DNA of 64,000 bases from the NCBI RefSeq assembly GCF_030144855.1, contig NC_082720.1, forward strand, positions 29,884,001 to 29,948,000, given 5' to 3'. Both the position numbers and the translations under genes were made by a program. How positions within the stretch are numbered: the first letter of the stretch is position 1; each line of letters starts with the position of its first letter. Below are positions 11,281 through 24,420 of this stretch, piece by piece. The stretch is from Hypanus sabinus. Taxonomy: Eukaryota. Under the pieces are notes generated by a model. It did not search any database. It was not told the origin of the DNA and saw only the letters and a program-made list of their open reading frames with translations.

Positions 11281-12507
11281 AAAATACACAGAACACTGAA
11301 GGAACTCAGCAGGTCAGGCAGCATCTGTAGTTGGTGTTTTAGGCCAGGACCCTCCATCAGGACTAGAAAAGGGGAAGGAGCTAGAATAAAGTGGGGAGGA
11401 GGTCAGGCTAGAAGGTGATAAGTGAAGCCACATGGAAAGGGGATGAAGAGGCAATAGGTGACAAAGGCAAATGGCTAGAAAATAATTTGCCAGGAGAGAA
11501 GAGTGGAACTTAGAGAAAGGGAAGGAGGAGAGGCACTGGGGAGGTAATAGGCAGGTGAGAAGAAGCTAGAGGAACAGAAGAGGGAAGGGGTGGGAAAAAT
11601 ACAATACCAATCTGAAAGGGCAGTGTTGGAGGCTACCTAGAGAGAATACGAGGTGTTGCTCCTTTACCTTGAGAGTGGGCTCATTGTGGCAAGAGGCAGC
11701 CACGGACCAACACATCAGAACACGAATGGAGTTCCCTGGTGGTTCTCGCTTTTTGCGGATGGAACGGAGGTCTTGACAAAACAGTTCCCCAATTTATGGT
11801 GGGTCTCACCTATACAGAGGAGCTGCATCAAGAGCAGCAGATACAGTAGGAAACACCAGATTCACAGGTGATATGTTGCCTCATCTGGAAGGACTATTTG
11901 GGGCCCAGAATGGAGGAAAGAGAGGACAGCTGAAGTATTTCTGTTGCAGGCAGTGATAGATGCCAGGAGGGACGAATAAACAAGGGAATCACAGAAGTAG
12001 TGATTCCTGTAGAAAGCAGAGAGTGGAACAGAGGAGAGGTAGAGATGCATTTGGTGGTAGGGTTCTGTTGAAGATAGCAGAGAAAGATGTTTTAGATGTG
12101 GTGGCTCAAGGTGTGGTAGGTGAAAAGAAGTGGAACTCTATTCCAGTTAGGCAGCAGGAAAATGTGTTGAACACAGACGTCCAGGAAATGGAGAAGTGCA
12201 GGTGAGGACAGCATCAATGGTGGAGGAAAAGAAACCCATATTCTTTGAAGGAGGGCATGTCCTGGAAAAGGCAGCTTCAACCGTAGGTTTACAAGCATCA
12301 TCATTCTGCCCTCCCTCAACTATTACCTTCCAGCTCGTAATTCTTTTCCACCCACTCCCAACTTCTCCCTTCATCAAGACTGGAAAGGAAGGGTCTCAGC
12401 CCAAATCATCAACAGTTTCTTCATTTCCATAGATGCTGCCAGACCTGCTGAGTTCCTCAAGCATTGTGTTGCTCTGGATTTCCCAGCATATGACAAACCT
12501 CATGTTA
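11281..12507 (-). mobile_element. Decayed Penelope-like element with inverted pLTR ends
   Basis: ggaactcagcaggtcaggcagcatct (about 11300) is inverted at about 12431-12457. Minus strand near 11645-11670 encodes an EQHLVF remnant of the GIY-YIG C-terminus. No TSD found; boundaries approximate. Confidence 0.7.
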
Positions 12508-12962
12508 TATGTTGCTTGCTATCCAGTTTGTTAATATAAGAGTGTCCCTTGTTACATACTTCAAATACAACTTATTTTAGTCAGGTTAAAAAAAAATGCA
12601 TTATTATAATAATTTATTCAAGAACAAAGTTGCTCAAATTCTTTATCTTGGGATGGAAGACAAAATTGAAATTAAACATTTGATCTGAGCTGCTACTGTT
12701 ATTGCTACACATAATGGCAGTGATGCAGAAGTTTCAGTGGGGAGCAAAAGATGTGGGAGAAAACACTGCGGATTAAACTCAGATAGTTTAATCGAGAAAT
12801 GTGAGGCAAGTGTTCATGAAAGAATAGCTGAAAATAATAAAAACGGAAAAAAAAGGAGCTACCCAACACAAGAGCTTCCAATCAAACTATTCAGTTGGAC
12901 ATTTATTTAGCATTTAAAGAAATGTACCCTCCAAAAGAATAACGAGGATAGAATTTAAATAC

Positions 12963-13162
12963 CTTGGTTGTTTTAAATGTTTTTACTTTACTGTGCAGCT
13001 TGAAGGCTTTTGCTTTTCCCTTTTTCTGAGTCTGATTAGTCTTGATATCTGTACGCAAAAGACAGTTCACATCTCCCAGTGCCTTTCTTGCAGACTGCTG
13101 CAAGTGAGGCGTTACGGTTAATATCTTTCCAGCTTTGGGGGTCTGTAGTACAGCTGTTTCAG
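12963..13162 (-). CDS. PTTG1: Securin, coding exon 2 (D-box)
   Basis: ttttag|CT...AAG|GTATTT, 200 nt, encodes (S)ETAVLQTPKAGK...ARKALGDVN...KTTK; RKALGDVN is the securin destruction box. Confidence 0.93.
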
Positions 13163-13257
13163 CTAAAAGTGGAGAATTCACAAACAGACATTTCAAAATT
13201 CATGCAAACACAGATCAGTACTAGACATTTGTATTTAACCAGATTTCTTATTCCCCA

Positions 13258-16200
13258 GGTAGATTGGAGGGGGGGGATGCTGGTGGAGATTACAGCAGAA
13301 TAGAGGTGGCAGAGATTTCTGGGAAAAGTTGACAAGGTACAGGATAGACATGTCCCACGAAGACCATCTTCAGTAGGAACAGTGGCTGACAAGGGAAGAG
13401 GAGAACTCCATAAAAGCCAAGGAAAGGGATACAAGGTAGCAATAAAATTAGTGGGAAGTTAGATGATTTGGAAGCATTTAAAATCCAACAAAAGGCAATT
13501 AATAAAGCTGTAAAAGGGAAAATAAGGGCAAACTAGCCAATAATATAAAGCAGATACTAAAAGTTTTCTCAGTTATAAAACTGGATATATTGTAGTGAGA
13601 TGCAGAGATGGCAGAGGAACTGAATGCATATTTTGCAACAGTCTTCACAGTGGAAGATGTCTGCAGTATACCGGACATTCAAGAGTGTCAGGGAAGTGAA
13701 GTTTGTGCAGTGAAAATTACGACTGAAGGTGCTCAGGAAGCTTAATGGTCTGAGGGTGGATAAATCTGGACCTGATGGAATGCACTCTCAGGTTCAGAAG
13801 GAAGTAGCTGGAGAGATTGCAGAGGCATTAACGATTATCTTTCAAGAATCGATAGATTCTGACATTGTACTGGATGCTGGAAAATTGCAAATGTTACTCT
13901 GCTACTTAAGAAGGGTGGGAGGCAGCAGAAAGGAAACTATAGACCTGTTAGCCCGACAACAGTGATTGGGAAGTTCTTGGAGTCGATTATTAGGGATGAG
14001 ATTATGGAGCACCTGGAGGCACATGACAAGATAGGCCAAAGCCAGAATGTTTCCCGAAAGGAAAATCCTGCCTGATGAACCAACTGCAGTTTTTTTTTGA
14101 GGAAATTACAAGCAGGGTAGACAAAAGAGATGCAGCAGATGTGGTGCACCTGGATTTTCAGAAGGCCTTTGACAAGGTGCCACACAAGGCTACTTAGCAA
14201 GATAAGAGCCCATGGAATTACTGGGAAATTACTAGCATGGGTGGAGCATTGGCTGATCAGCAGAAAACAGAGTGGAAATAAAGGGATCCTGTTCTGTCTG
14301 GCTGCCGGTTACCAGTGGAGTTCCATGGGGGTCAGTGTTGGGACTGCTGCTTTTTACAATGCATGTTAATGATTTGGACTGTGTGATTAATGAATTTGTG
14401 GCTAAATTTGCTGATGACACAAAGATAGTTGGAGGAGCAGGTAGTGTTGAGAGCCTGTAGAGTAGTCACCAACCAGTCGATTGCAATTGACCTTTGAGAC
14501 TTTCCCAGTAGATCCCGAAAAAAAAAAGAAAATTTAAACACACAAATAATTTTATAATGCTCACATTATAACAGTGAGTAATACTAATTAGGATAATGGT
14601 AATATAGCAATACTCCTGCTATGGAAAGCTGTTTATAAAGAGGTTGTTTCTGGGGTTGTGGGATTTTACTTCCATTCTTTCTGCCCAGTTTTATAACACT
14701 GCTGTAATGACCCTGATCTCCTGGATTATCACTGTGTGATTCATCAGCAGGCCTTGGCTGGAAAGGTTGTGGACTTTTCTCATGTAATGACACTGGTGGT
14801 CAAACTGATGAACGATTTGAGCAAAAATGCTTCAGCATCACTTATTCAAGGCATTATTGGATGAGCCCAATGCCGCTTACGGAGACATAATTCTTCACAC
14901 TGATGTTCGGTGGCTGAGTCGCGGCAAAGTGCTGCAACAATTTGTTGACTTGCTATCTGAGATAAAAGACTTTTCTGTCAACAAGAAACGCGGAGCACGA
15001 AGAACTGTCAGATGATGCGTGGCTACTGGATTTAGGGTTTCTGACAGACCTAATGGCTAAAAGTCAGTGCCTACTTCGGGTCAACTTATCTGTGTGAAAC
15101 TGCGTTTTCACAGATGAAAATTGTTATATCTAAATACAGGAGCTGTCTTGCTGACAGACACCTCAGACTGACTGTCTGTAGTTATGAGCCAAATTTCAGG
15201 GAACTAGCAGAAAGTATTCAGCCCCAGTCATCATTCTGAGTTCAAGTCAATTTTTATTCATTTATTTTTCCATGTTGAAATAAAATTAAATAATGAAACT
15301 TAGAATTAAAGGTATGGAGTATTGTAATATTCTTAAAGACAGCTATGGCCTGTTTGATATTCTAGTTAGTGTTTTCTTGGTTGAATTAATTTGAAAGTTT
15401 GACAAAAGCATTTTATGAAATACAATATCTCAAGTAAGACGACTCAGGTTAGAAGTATAATCAGAGCTGTTTTTTTCCCCAAATGATTTAGTAGGTAGAT
15501 CTTGCCTTTCACCAAGGCTGAGGTAGCGGATCTCGGGCTTAAGAAGGTTGGTAACCACTACTGTAGAGAGACTTAGATAGTTTAGGGGAATAGGCAAATG
15601 AATTGTATTTCATTGCAATGAAATGTTGGAAAGTGTATGGTCATGGGCTTTGATGGAAGAAATAAACAGGCAGTCTATTGTTTAGATGGGGAGAGAATTC
15701 AAAATGCGGAAATGTAAAGGTTGACCTCCAGATTGAGTGGGTGGTGAAGGTGGCAAATGCAATGTTGACATTCATTTCTAGAGGTATGGAATACAAGAGC
15801 AGAGGTGAGATGTTGAGGCGCTATACAAGGCGCTCGTGAGACCACACTTGAAGTATTGTGTGCAGTTTTGGGCTCCTCATTTTGGAAAGGATTACTGACA
15901 TTAGAGGGTTCAGAGAAGATTCACGAGAATGATTCCAGGAATGAAAGGGTTACCGTATGAGGAACATCTGGCAGCTCTTGGGTTGTATTCCCTGCAGTTC
16001 AGGAAAATGAGGGGATCTCATAGAAACACTCTAAACGTTAAAAGGTCGGAACAAATTAGATACGACAAAGTTATTTCTCATGGTAGGGGATTCTAGGACA
16101 AGAGGGCATGACTTCAGGATTGAAGGACATCCATTTAGAACAGAGATGTGGAGATATTACTTTAGTCAGAGGGTGGTAACTCTGTTGTGTTTGTTGCCAA

Positions 16201-16382
16201 GAGCAGCTGTGGAGGCCAAATCATTGGGTATAATTGAGGCAGAGATGGATAGGTTCTTGATTAGCAGGGCATCAAAGGATATGGGGAAAAACAGGGCAAT
16301 GGGGATGACTGGAAGATTGAATGGCAGAGCAGACTCAATGGGCCAAATGGCCTACTTCTGCTCCTATATCTTATGGTCTTCT
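13258..16382 (+). mobile_element. 5'-truncated CR1-type LINE interrupted by a hAT element
   Basis: RT remnants KSGPDGMH, SGVPWGSVLG, KFADDTK; resumes at 15561 and ends in the CR1 3' tail ctcctatatcttatggtc. Confidence 0.85.
14463..15560 (+). mobile_element. hAT (Charlie/GTF2IRD2-like) internally deleted DNA transposon
   Basis: 8-bp TSD ctgtagag (14455-14462, 15561-15568). Ends tagtcaccaacc and ggttggtaaccacta. Transposase remnants YHCVIHQQAL, VRWLSRGKVL and FGSTYLCETAFS. Confidence 0.92.
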
Positions 16383-16389
16383 AAAAAGA

Positions 16390-18126
16390 ATTAAAAGGGA
16401 AATGAGAGTTAATAATGGACCACTGAAAAAATGATGCTGTTGAGGTAGTAATGGGGGACAAGGAAATGGCAGATGAACTGAATGAGTACTTTGCATCATT
16501 CTTCACTGTGGAAGACACTAGCAGTATGCCAGAGGTCTGAGAGTGTCAGAGAACAGGAGTGAGTGCTATTGCTATTACAAAAGGAAGAAGTGCAATGCAA
16601 GCTCAAAGGTCTTAAGGTAGGTAAGTCACCTGGGCCAGATGGACTACATCCCAGATTCTTGAGAGAGGTTGCTGAAGAGCTAACAGATGCATAGGTCATG
16701 TTTTTTCAAGAATCACTTGATTCTGGCATGGTCCCAGAGGATTGGAAGATTGTAAATGTCACTCCACTCTTTAAGAAGGGAGGAAGAAAAGGAAGTTATA
16801 AGCCAGTTAGCCTAATCTCAGTGGTTGGGAAAGTATTCATTATTAAGGACGAGGTCTAGAGACTAATGATAAAATAAGTCAAAGTCAGCATGGTTTCTGT
16901 AAAGGGAAATCTTGCCTGACAACTCTGTTAGAATTTTTCAAGGAAATAACAAGCAGGGTGGACAAAGGAGGGGCAGTGAATGTCATTTACAGTACTTGGA
17001 TTTTCAAAAGGCATATGAAAAGGTGCCTCTCACGAGACTGCTTAACAAATTAAAATCCTATGGTGCTATATGAAGGATACTGGCATGGATAGAGGAATGA
17101 CTGACAGGCAGGAGGCAGTGAGTAGGAATAAGAGGGTCTTTTCTGGTTGGCTGCCAGTTACTCAGGGGTAAGTCTTGGGACCGCTACTTTTCACATTGTT
17201 TGTCAGTGATTTAGATAATGAAATTGACGACTCTGAGGCAAAGTTTGCAGATGATACAAAGATAAGGTTGAGAGGTAGGTTGAGAACCTAATGCAATTGC
17301 AGCAGGACTTAAATTGGAAAATTGGGCAAAAAAGTGGCAGATGGAATATGTATTGGGAAATGTATGATAATACATTTTGGGAAAAGGAATAATAGAGCAG
17401 ACTATTAAACAGGAAGAAACTTCAAACATCAGAGGTGCAAAGGGACTTTGGAATCTTCGTGCAAGACTCTAAGAAGGTTAATTTACAGGTTAAGGCTGGT
17501 AAAGAAGGCGAATGCAATGTTGGCATTTATTTCAAGAGGAATAGAATATAAAAACAAGCTTTGCAAGACACTAGTCAGGCTGCATTTGCAGTATTAACAT
17601 CTTTGGGCCCCTTATTGCAGAAAGAATGTGCTGTCATTGAAGAGAGCCCAGAGGAGGTTCATGAATCTGGGAATGAAGGGGTTAACACATGAGGAGCATT
17701 TGGCAGCTTTGGGCCTGTACTCTCTGGAATTTTGAAGAAAGTGTGAGGATCTAATTGAAAGGACTAGATAGAGTAGATGTGGAGAGAATGTTTCCTATGG
17801 TGGGGGGGGGGGGGGGGTATCCAGAACTAGAGGGCACAGCCTCAAGATTGAGGGAAGACCTTTTAAAACAAGAGATTATTTTTTTTTATTAAAAAGGTGA
17901 AAATGAGTGGCAAATCTTTGGAAAGCTCTGCCACAAACTGCAGTGGAGGCCAATTCTACAGGTATATTTAAAGCAGAAGTTGAGAGATTCCCAATTGGTT
18001 GGGGCATCAAGGAATATAGTGAGAAGGCAGGTGTACGTGTAGGGTTGAATGGGATCTGGGATCAGCCAGGATGGAATGGCAGAGTGAACTCAATGGCCCA
18101 ATTCTGCTCTCATGTCTTATGGTTTT
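16390..18126 (+). mobile_element. Second 5'-truncated CR1-type LINE, head-to-tail with the previous one
   Basis: KSPGPDGLHPR, HGFCKGKSCLT and KFADDTK remnants; 3' end ttctgctctcatgtcttatggt. Confidence 0.85.
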
Positions 18127-18343
18127 AATATAGTCCACAAGTTAATAGCAGCTTTATTTTCAAAAATGCAAGGGTTTAGAAAGGCCACTGAAGCCACTTC
18201 AGAGCAGACTCTACCCATTCCACTAAACTGGACTACACTATTTTAATTGGAAGATGGATTTGGAAATTCCTTTACACAGCACATCAATTTTGTGACAATA
18301 AACACCGTTTATTAAGGTTATCAATCCAGACTATTATACTTAC

Positions 18344-18422
18344 AAGGATGTAGTTTTGGGTGCTTTTTAGTGTGGGCACTCAAGAGTTCGTTTTCTTTCT
18401 CCACAAATATTCTCAATGCCAT
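18344..18422 (-). CDS. PTTG1: Securin, first coding exon (KEN box)
   Basis: Encodes MALRIFVEKENELLSAHTKKHPKLHP (human MATLIYVDKEN). Acceptor gtgcag| with exon start at 18437; donor T|GTAAGT at 18343, phase 1. The five coding exons sum to 624 nt = 207 aa plus stop. Confidence 0.95.
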
Positions 18423-19271
18423 TTCAATTATATATCACTGCACAAACTAAAACAAGTGTATTAGTCCACTTTAATATAGAAAACCTACCACATAAAAAGA
18501 TATTAAGAAGGACACAAGATGTTAACTATTTAATGCATTAAATTAATGCACTAATATACTATTAACCAAAATATTTCTACACAGCAACAAATGTAACATC
18601 CATAGAATGAACTAGTCTTCCCAAATAAAAAATTTCTCCTGTCTTTAAGAAAAAGAAAAACACAATTGTCAATAAGTGAAAATAATAACCAAATTAGATG
18701 TTAGATATTCACTGAATAACACCTTAGTTTTGCCAAAATATCTGATACCAAACATGAACTTGATTCTCTTTCCACAGATCTTCCCCAAACTGCAGAGTAC
18801 TTTTAATATTTCCCGATTATATTCTTGCAATGCTTTAAAAAGCTTTAGATTATTAAAACAGTGGTTTACCCAGGAAATTAGGCCCTACCGTTTCCAACTA
18901 ATCTATTAATTGGATAAGGTTACTTAGCATAGATAGAGCTCTCTAGATCACGCACAGTACCGACCACAATCTGTTGGTTAACTTAATGAGCCATACACAC
19001 TTTCCCTTTATGAATATTATAACTGTACATTCTATATATGCTTGTTAACCTTGCACTCATAGTTCAGTCTAACTTTATCATTTGATAATGAGGTTAGCTT
19101 TGTAGGTAGTTTCGGAAACCAAACAGTTTAAAAACTCTTTAAAGTTAGTATAAACTGATCATACCAAGTTAGTTTGCACAAACGACTTGCAACACGCTAC
19201 TACAACAGTCCAAAATTAAACATTAATTTCTGCAAATTTAAGCATACGATAATAAAAACAAAGTCACTCAC

Positions 19272-19380
19272 ACCAGCTCGTCAATTGGAAGTAATCGCGA
19301 ACTGTATGAACAAGCCCTCGAATTCAACGTTTTAAATGATGCCGGGTGGCAAACTGCCCCGTGATTGGTTGGGTCAGGAA
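19272..19380 (-). promoter_or_regulatory. PTTG1: PTTG1 promoter and non-coding exon 1
   Basis: Donor GTGAGT at 19271-19266; CHR-like TTTAAA at 19331-19336; CCAAT box at 19364-19368 on the minus strand; local CpG enrichment. TSS not determined. Confidence 0.65.
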
Positions 19381-19679
19381 ACTTCATGGGTCAACCCCCA
19401 ACTACAGCGCCCCTACAGCCAGGCGGACGCATCTGCACCCGGCGCTGGAAAGCGGAACTCGTTGATGCCTTGCTGTAAAATTGTTTCCCAATACATTTCC
19501 AAGCATGAAGATAACAGCATATAGGATTGAATATATTTTCCAAAAACTTAATGGATTTGGCTTTTAGTTTCCACGCAGTTACATACTAATAATGGCTCAT
19601 TTATTTGCAAAGGAAATAACTTGAGGATACAGTATTACCAGCGTTCTACAGATTCCTTAAAGGTCGTTACGGAGTGGTG

Positions 19680-20112
19680 GTGGGAAAAGTCTCTCACTAC
19701 CAATTAAATGATCCCAATGGTGTGCGCCTCAAATAGCCTCTGACGACCAAGTCCAGCTCCTGGCCTTCATGTGTGGTGTAGCTAAGCCCAGCGGGACAGT
19801 TTGTGCGGACAGAAGGCGGGTTATTGGCTCCAAACCCAGTCGCTGCGGGCGGGTGGGGCTCGTCAGCCGTGGTTTGCGGAAAAACTCCGGCCTCAAACAT
19901 CCGCCGCCTTGCGGCTATACCCACTCAAAGCGAAGGCTTCGAGGAAAGATCCCTAAGGCAGTCCTACGTTGAGTGACTGACAACTCCTGCGCCGCCGCCA
20001 GTGCAAACTGTATCGGTATCTAGAGTTCCTTTGGATTCATCAGCTGCTTGGGGGGCGAAGCCCGTTACCTGAGGAACAGTTTGCTCTTTGTATCGTACTG
20101 TCCTGGTTTCAA
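19680..20112 (+). repeat. Interspersed repeat, probably RTE-related non-autonomous element
   Basis: Resembles a recurrent chondrichthyan repeat recalled from memory (ccaagtccagctcctggccttca...ccgctgccttgcggctatacccactca). Classification uncertain. Confidence 0.4.
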
Positions 20113-20117
20113 CATGG

Positions 20118-23100
20118 AGACATAGAAAACCTTCAGCACAATACAGGCCCTTCGGCCCACAAAGTTGTGCCGAACCATAGAAATTACCTAGGCTTACCGA
20201 TAACTTTTTTTTCCTAAGCTCCATGTACCCACCGAGGAGTCTCTTAAAAGACCCTATCGTATCCGCCTTCACCACCGTTGCTGGCAGCCCATTCCACGTA
20301 CTCACCACTCTCTGCGTATAAAAAAACTTACCCCTGTACCTACTTCCAAGCACCTTAAAACTGTGCCCTCTCTCGTGCTAGCTATTTCAGCCCAGCGAAA
20401 AAAAAAGCCTCTGATTATTCACACGATCAATGCCTGCATTATCTTATACACCTCTAGTCCTCGGTTGCTGCAAGAGAAAAGGCCGAGTTCACTCAACCTA
20501 TTCTTATAAGGCATTCTCCCCAATCCAGGTAACATCCTTGTAAATCTCCTCTGCACCCTTTCCATGGTTTCCACATCCTTCCTGCAGTGAGGCCACCAGA
20601 ACTGAGCACAGTACTGCAAGTGGGGTCTGACCAGGGTCCTATATAGCTACAACATTACCCATCGACTCCTAAACTCAATCCCACGATTCATGAAGGCCAA
20701 TGCAGTGTATGCTTTCTTAACCACAGAGTCAACCTGTGCAACAGCTTTGACTGTCCTATGGACTCGGACCCCAAGATCCCTCTGATCCTCCACACTGCCA
20801 ACAGTCTTACCATAATACTCAAGTCAAGTCAAGTCAAGTCACTTTTATTGTCATTTCGACCATAACTGCTGGTATAGTACATAGTAAAAATGAGACAATG
20901 TCTTTCAGGACCATGGTGTTAAATGACACAGTACAAAAACTAGACTGAACTACGTAAAAAACAACATAGAGAAAGCTACATTAGACTACAGACCTACACA
21001 GGACTGCGCAAAGTGCACAAAAACATTACAATAAATAATAAACAGGACAGTAGGGCAAGGTTTCAGTCCAGGTTCTGGGTACTGAGGAGTCTGATAGCTT
21101 GGGGGAAGAAACTGTTACATAGTCTGGTCGTGAGAGCTCGAATGCTTTGGAGCCTTTTCCCAAATGACAGGAGGGAGAAGAGATTGTATGAGGGGTGCAT
21201 GGGGTCCTTCATAATGCTGTTTGCTTTGCGGATGCAGCATGTAGTGTAAATGTCCGTGATGGCGGGAAGAGAGACCCCAATGATCTCCTCAGCTCACCTC
21301 ACTATCCGCTGCAGGATCTTGCGATGCGAGATGGTGCAATTTCCGAACGAGGCAGTGATGCAGCTGCTCAGGATGCTTTCAATACAACCCCTGTAGAACG
21401 TGGTGAGGATGGGGGGGGGGGGTGGGAGATAGACTTTCCTCAGCCTTCACAGAAAGTAGAGACGCTGCTGGGCTTTCTTTGCTATTGTGCTGGTGTTGAG
21501 GGACCAGGTGAGATTCTCCACCAGAAGAACACCAAGAAATTTGGTGCTCTTAATGATCTCTACCGAGGAGCCGTTGATGTTAAGCGGGGACTGGTCGCTC
21601 CATGCCCTCCGGAAGTCAACAACCATCTCTTTTGTTTTGCTCACATTCAGAGACAGGTTGTTGGCTCTGCACCAGTCTGTTAGCCACTGCACCTCCTCTC
21701 TGTAAGCTGACTCATCGTTCTTGCTGATGAGACCCACCACGGTCGTGTCATTGGCGAACTTGATGATATGATTTGAGCTGTGTGTTGCAGCACAGACGTG
21801 GGTCAGCAGAGTGAACAGCAGTGGACTGAGCACACAGCCCTGAGGGCCCCCGTGCTCAGTGTGATGGTGTTGGAGATGCTGTTCCCGATCTGGACTGACT
21901 GAGGTCTCCCAGTCAGGAAGTCTAGGATCCAGTTGCAGAGGGAGGTGTTCAGGCCCAGTAGGCTCAGCTTTCCAATCAGTTTCTGAGGGATGATTGTGTT
22001 GAATGCTGAACTGAAGTCTATGAACAGCATCCGAATGTATGTTTCTTTTTTGTCCAGGTAAGTTAGGGCCAGGTGGAGGGTGGTGGCAATGGTGTCATCT
22101 GTTGAGCAGTTGGGACGGTACGTAAACTGCAGGGGGTCCAGTGAGGGGGGCAGCAGGGTCTTGATATGCCTCATGACGAGCCCCTCGAAACACTTCATGA
22201 TGATGGATGTGAGTGCAACGGGACGGTAGTCATTTAGGCAGGACATTGAAGACTTCTTCAGCACGGGGACGATGGTGGCAGCCTTGAAGCACGTTGGAAT
22301 GGTGGCGCTGCTCAGGGAGATGTTGAAGAAGTCAGTGAGAACATCTGCTAGCTGGTCTGCACATCCTCTGAGCACTCTACCAGGGATGTTGTCTGGTCCA
22401 GCAGCCTTCCGTGGGTTGACCCTGCACAGGGTTCTTCTCACATCGGCCATGGAGAGACACAGCACCTGGTCATTTGTAGGAGGGGGGTGGACTTCCTCGT
22501 TGCCACATCATTTTCCATCTCAAAACGGGTGTAGAAGTTATTCAGCGCATCTGGGAGGGAGGGATCACCTGCACAGTCAGGTAATGTTGTCCAGTAATTG
22601 GTGATGTCCTTGATGCCCTTCCACATGCTCCGCGTGTCGCTGCTGTCCTGGAAGTGGCTGTGGATTAGCTGGGCGTGTGCACGCTTTGCCCCTCTGATGG
22701 CCCGGGACAGTTTGGCCCTTGCTGTTGTTAGGGCTGCCTTGTCGCCTGCTCTGAAGGCGGAATCACGGGTCCTCAGCAGTGCATGCACCTCCGCGGTCAT
22801 CCATGGCTTCCATACAGTTCACAAAGCGCCTCCTTAGCATTAACGCTGGGGGGAATGTAGACACCGAGTATAAGAACAGAGGTGAATTCCTGTGGCAAAT
22901 AAAATGGTCTGCATCTGACAGCCACAAACTCCACTAGCAATAAGCAGTGTCTGGAAACCAGCACAGAGCTCTTACACCATTCCGTGTTGATGTAAATACA
23001 CACACCACCACCGCGAGTCTTACCGGAGAGAGCTGCATCCCTGTTCGCTCGAAACAAGACGAGCCTGTCCAGCTGAACGGCAGTGCCCAAAATTCCATCA

Positions 23101-24420
23101 GTGAGCAACGTTTCTATAAAAACATACGCACAGCAGACTCTGTACTCCTGCCGAGTATTTCGTTGGAGTCGGATGTAGTCCATTTTATTGTCCAGGGAGC
23201 GGACGTTGGAGAGCAGAATGAATGGGAGAGTCATCTGGCTAGGGTCCGCTTTTTGCCTGGCACGGACCCCTGCCCGCTTGCCTCGCTTCCGCGTGCATTG
23301 CTTACAACGTCTCCATCTCTGGCTACCAGCATCAGGCGAGTCCGAGGAATGTAGGCCCGTTCCCCTCAGCAAGCCGAGGTCGCGTAATTCAGCCAGCAGA
23401 CCTTTGTGAAGGTTTGTTTTTGGGCGATCTCTGTATTGTAGTAGTATCTGGCGATGGTAGATAGCCGCTCTGTTATCTGTGCCCTAATCAAAAATAGTGT
23501 ATCAAACTTAAACTAGAAAATTAAATTAAAGAAACACCAGGTCTGAAAGGCCACTGTTGCCGTGCCATGACGCCTCATGGTTTGACACATCCTGGCATGC
23601 ATATTTGACCTACCAAAATGAACCACTTCACACATATCTGGGTTGAATTCCATCTGCCACTTCTTCGCCCAGGTTTGCATCCTATCAATGTCCCGTTGTA
23701 ACCTCTAACAGCCCTCCACACTATCCACAACACCTCCAGTCTTTGTGTCATCAGCAGATTTACTAACCTGTCCCTCCACTTCCTCATTCAGGTCATTTAT
23801 AAAAATAATGAAGAATAGGGTTCCCAGAACAGATCCCTGAGGCACACAACTGGTCACTGACCGCCATGCAGAATATGACCCATCTACAACCACTCTTTGC
23901 CTTCTGTGGGCAAGCCAGTTCTGGATCCACAAAGCAATATCCCCTTGTATCCCACACCTCTTTACTTTCTCAATAAGCCTTGCACGGGGTACCTTATCAA
24001 ATGCCTTGCTGAAATCCATGTACACTACATATACTGCTCTATCTTGAGTCACATCCTCAAAAAATTCAATCAGGCTCGTAAGGCACAACCTGCCTTTGAC
24101 AAAGCAATGCTGACAATTCCTAATCATACTATCCTTCTCCAAATGTTCATAAATCCTGCCTCTCAGTATATTCTCCATCAACTTACCAACCACTGAAGTA
24201 AGACTCACTGGTCTGTAGTTTCCTGGGCTACCTCTACTCCCTTTCTTGAATAAAGGAACAACATCCACAACCCTTCAATCCTCAGGAACCTCTCCTGTCC
24301 TCATTGATGATGCAAAGATCATTGCCAGAGGCTCAGCAATCTTCTCCCCTGCCTCCCACAGTTGCCTGGGGTACGTCTCTTCCCATCCTGGTGACTTATC
24401 CAACTTGATGCTTTCCAAAA
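20118..24420 (-). mobile_element. 5'-truncated CR1-type LINE, split by a Rex1 insertion
   Basis: Minus ORFs 23705-24268 ([33 protein letters not shown]) and 20419-20619 (QYCAQFWWPH...RFTRMLPGL); 3' tail near 20118-20150. Confidence 0.9.
20819..23600 (-). mobile_element. Near full-length Rex1/Babar-clade LINE nested in CR1
   Basis: Minus ORFs with SNVRSLDNK and RGGGVCIY (endonuclease), [34 protein letters not shown] (RT); (CTTGA)n tail at 20819-20841; internal deletion near 22800. Confidence 0.92.
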
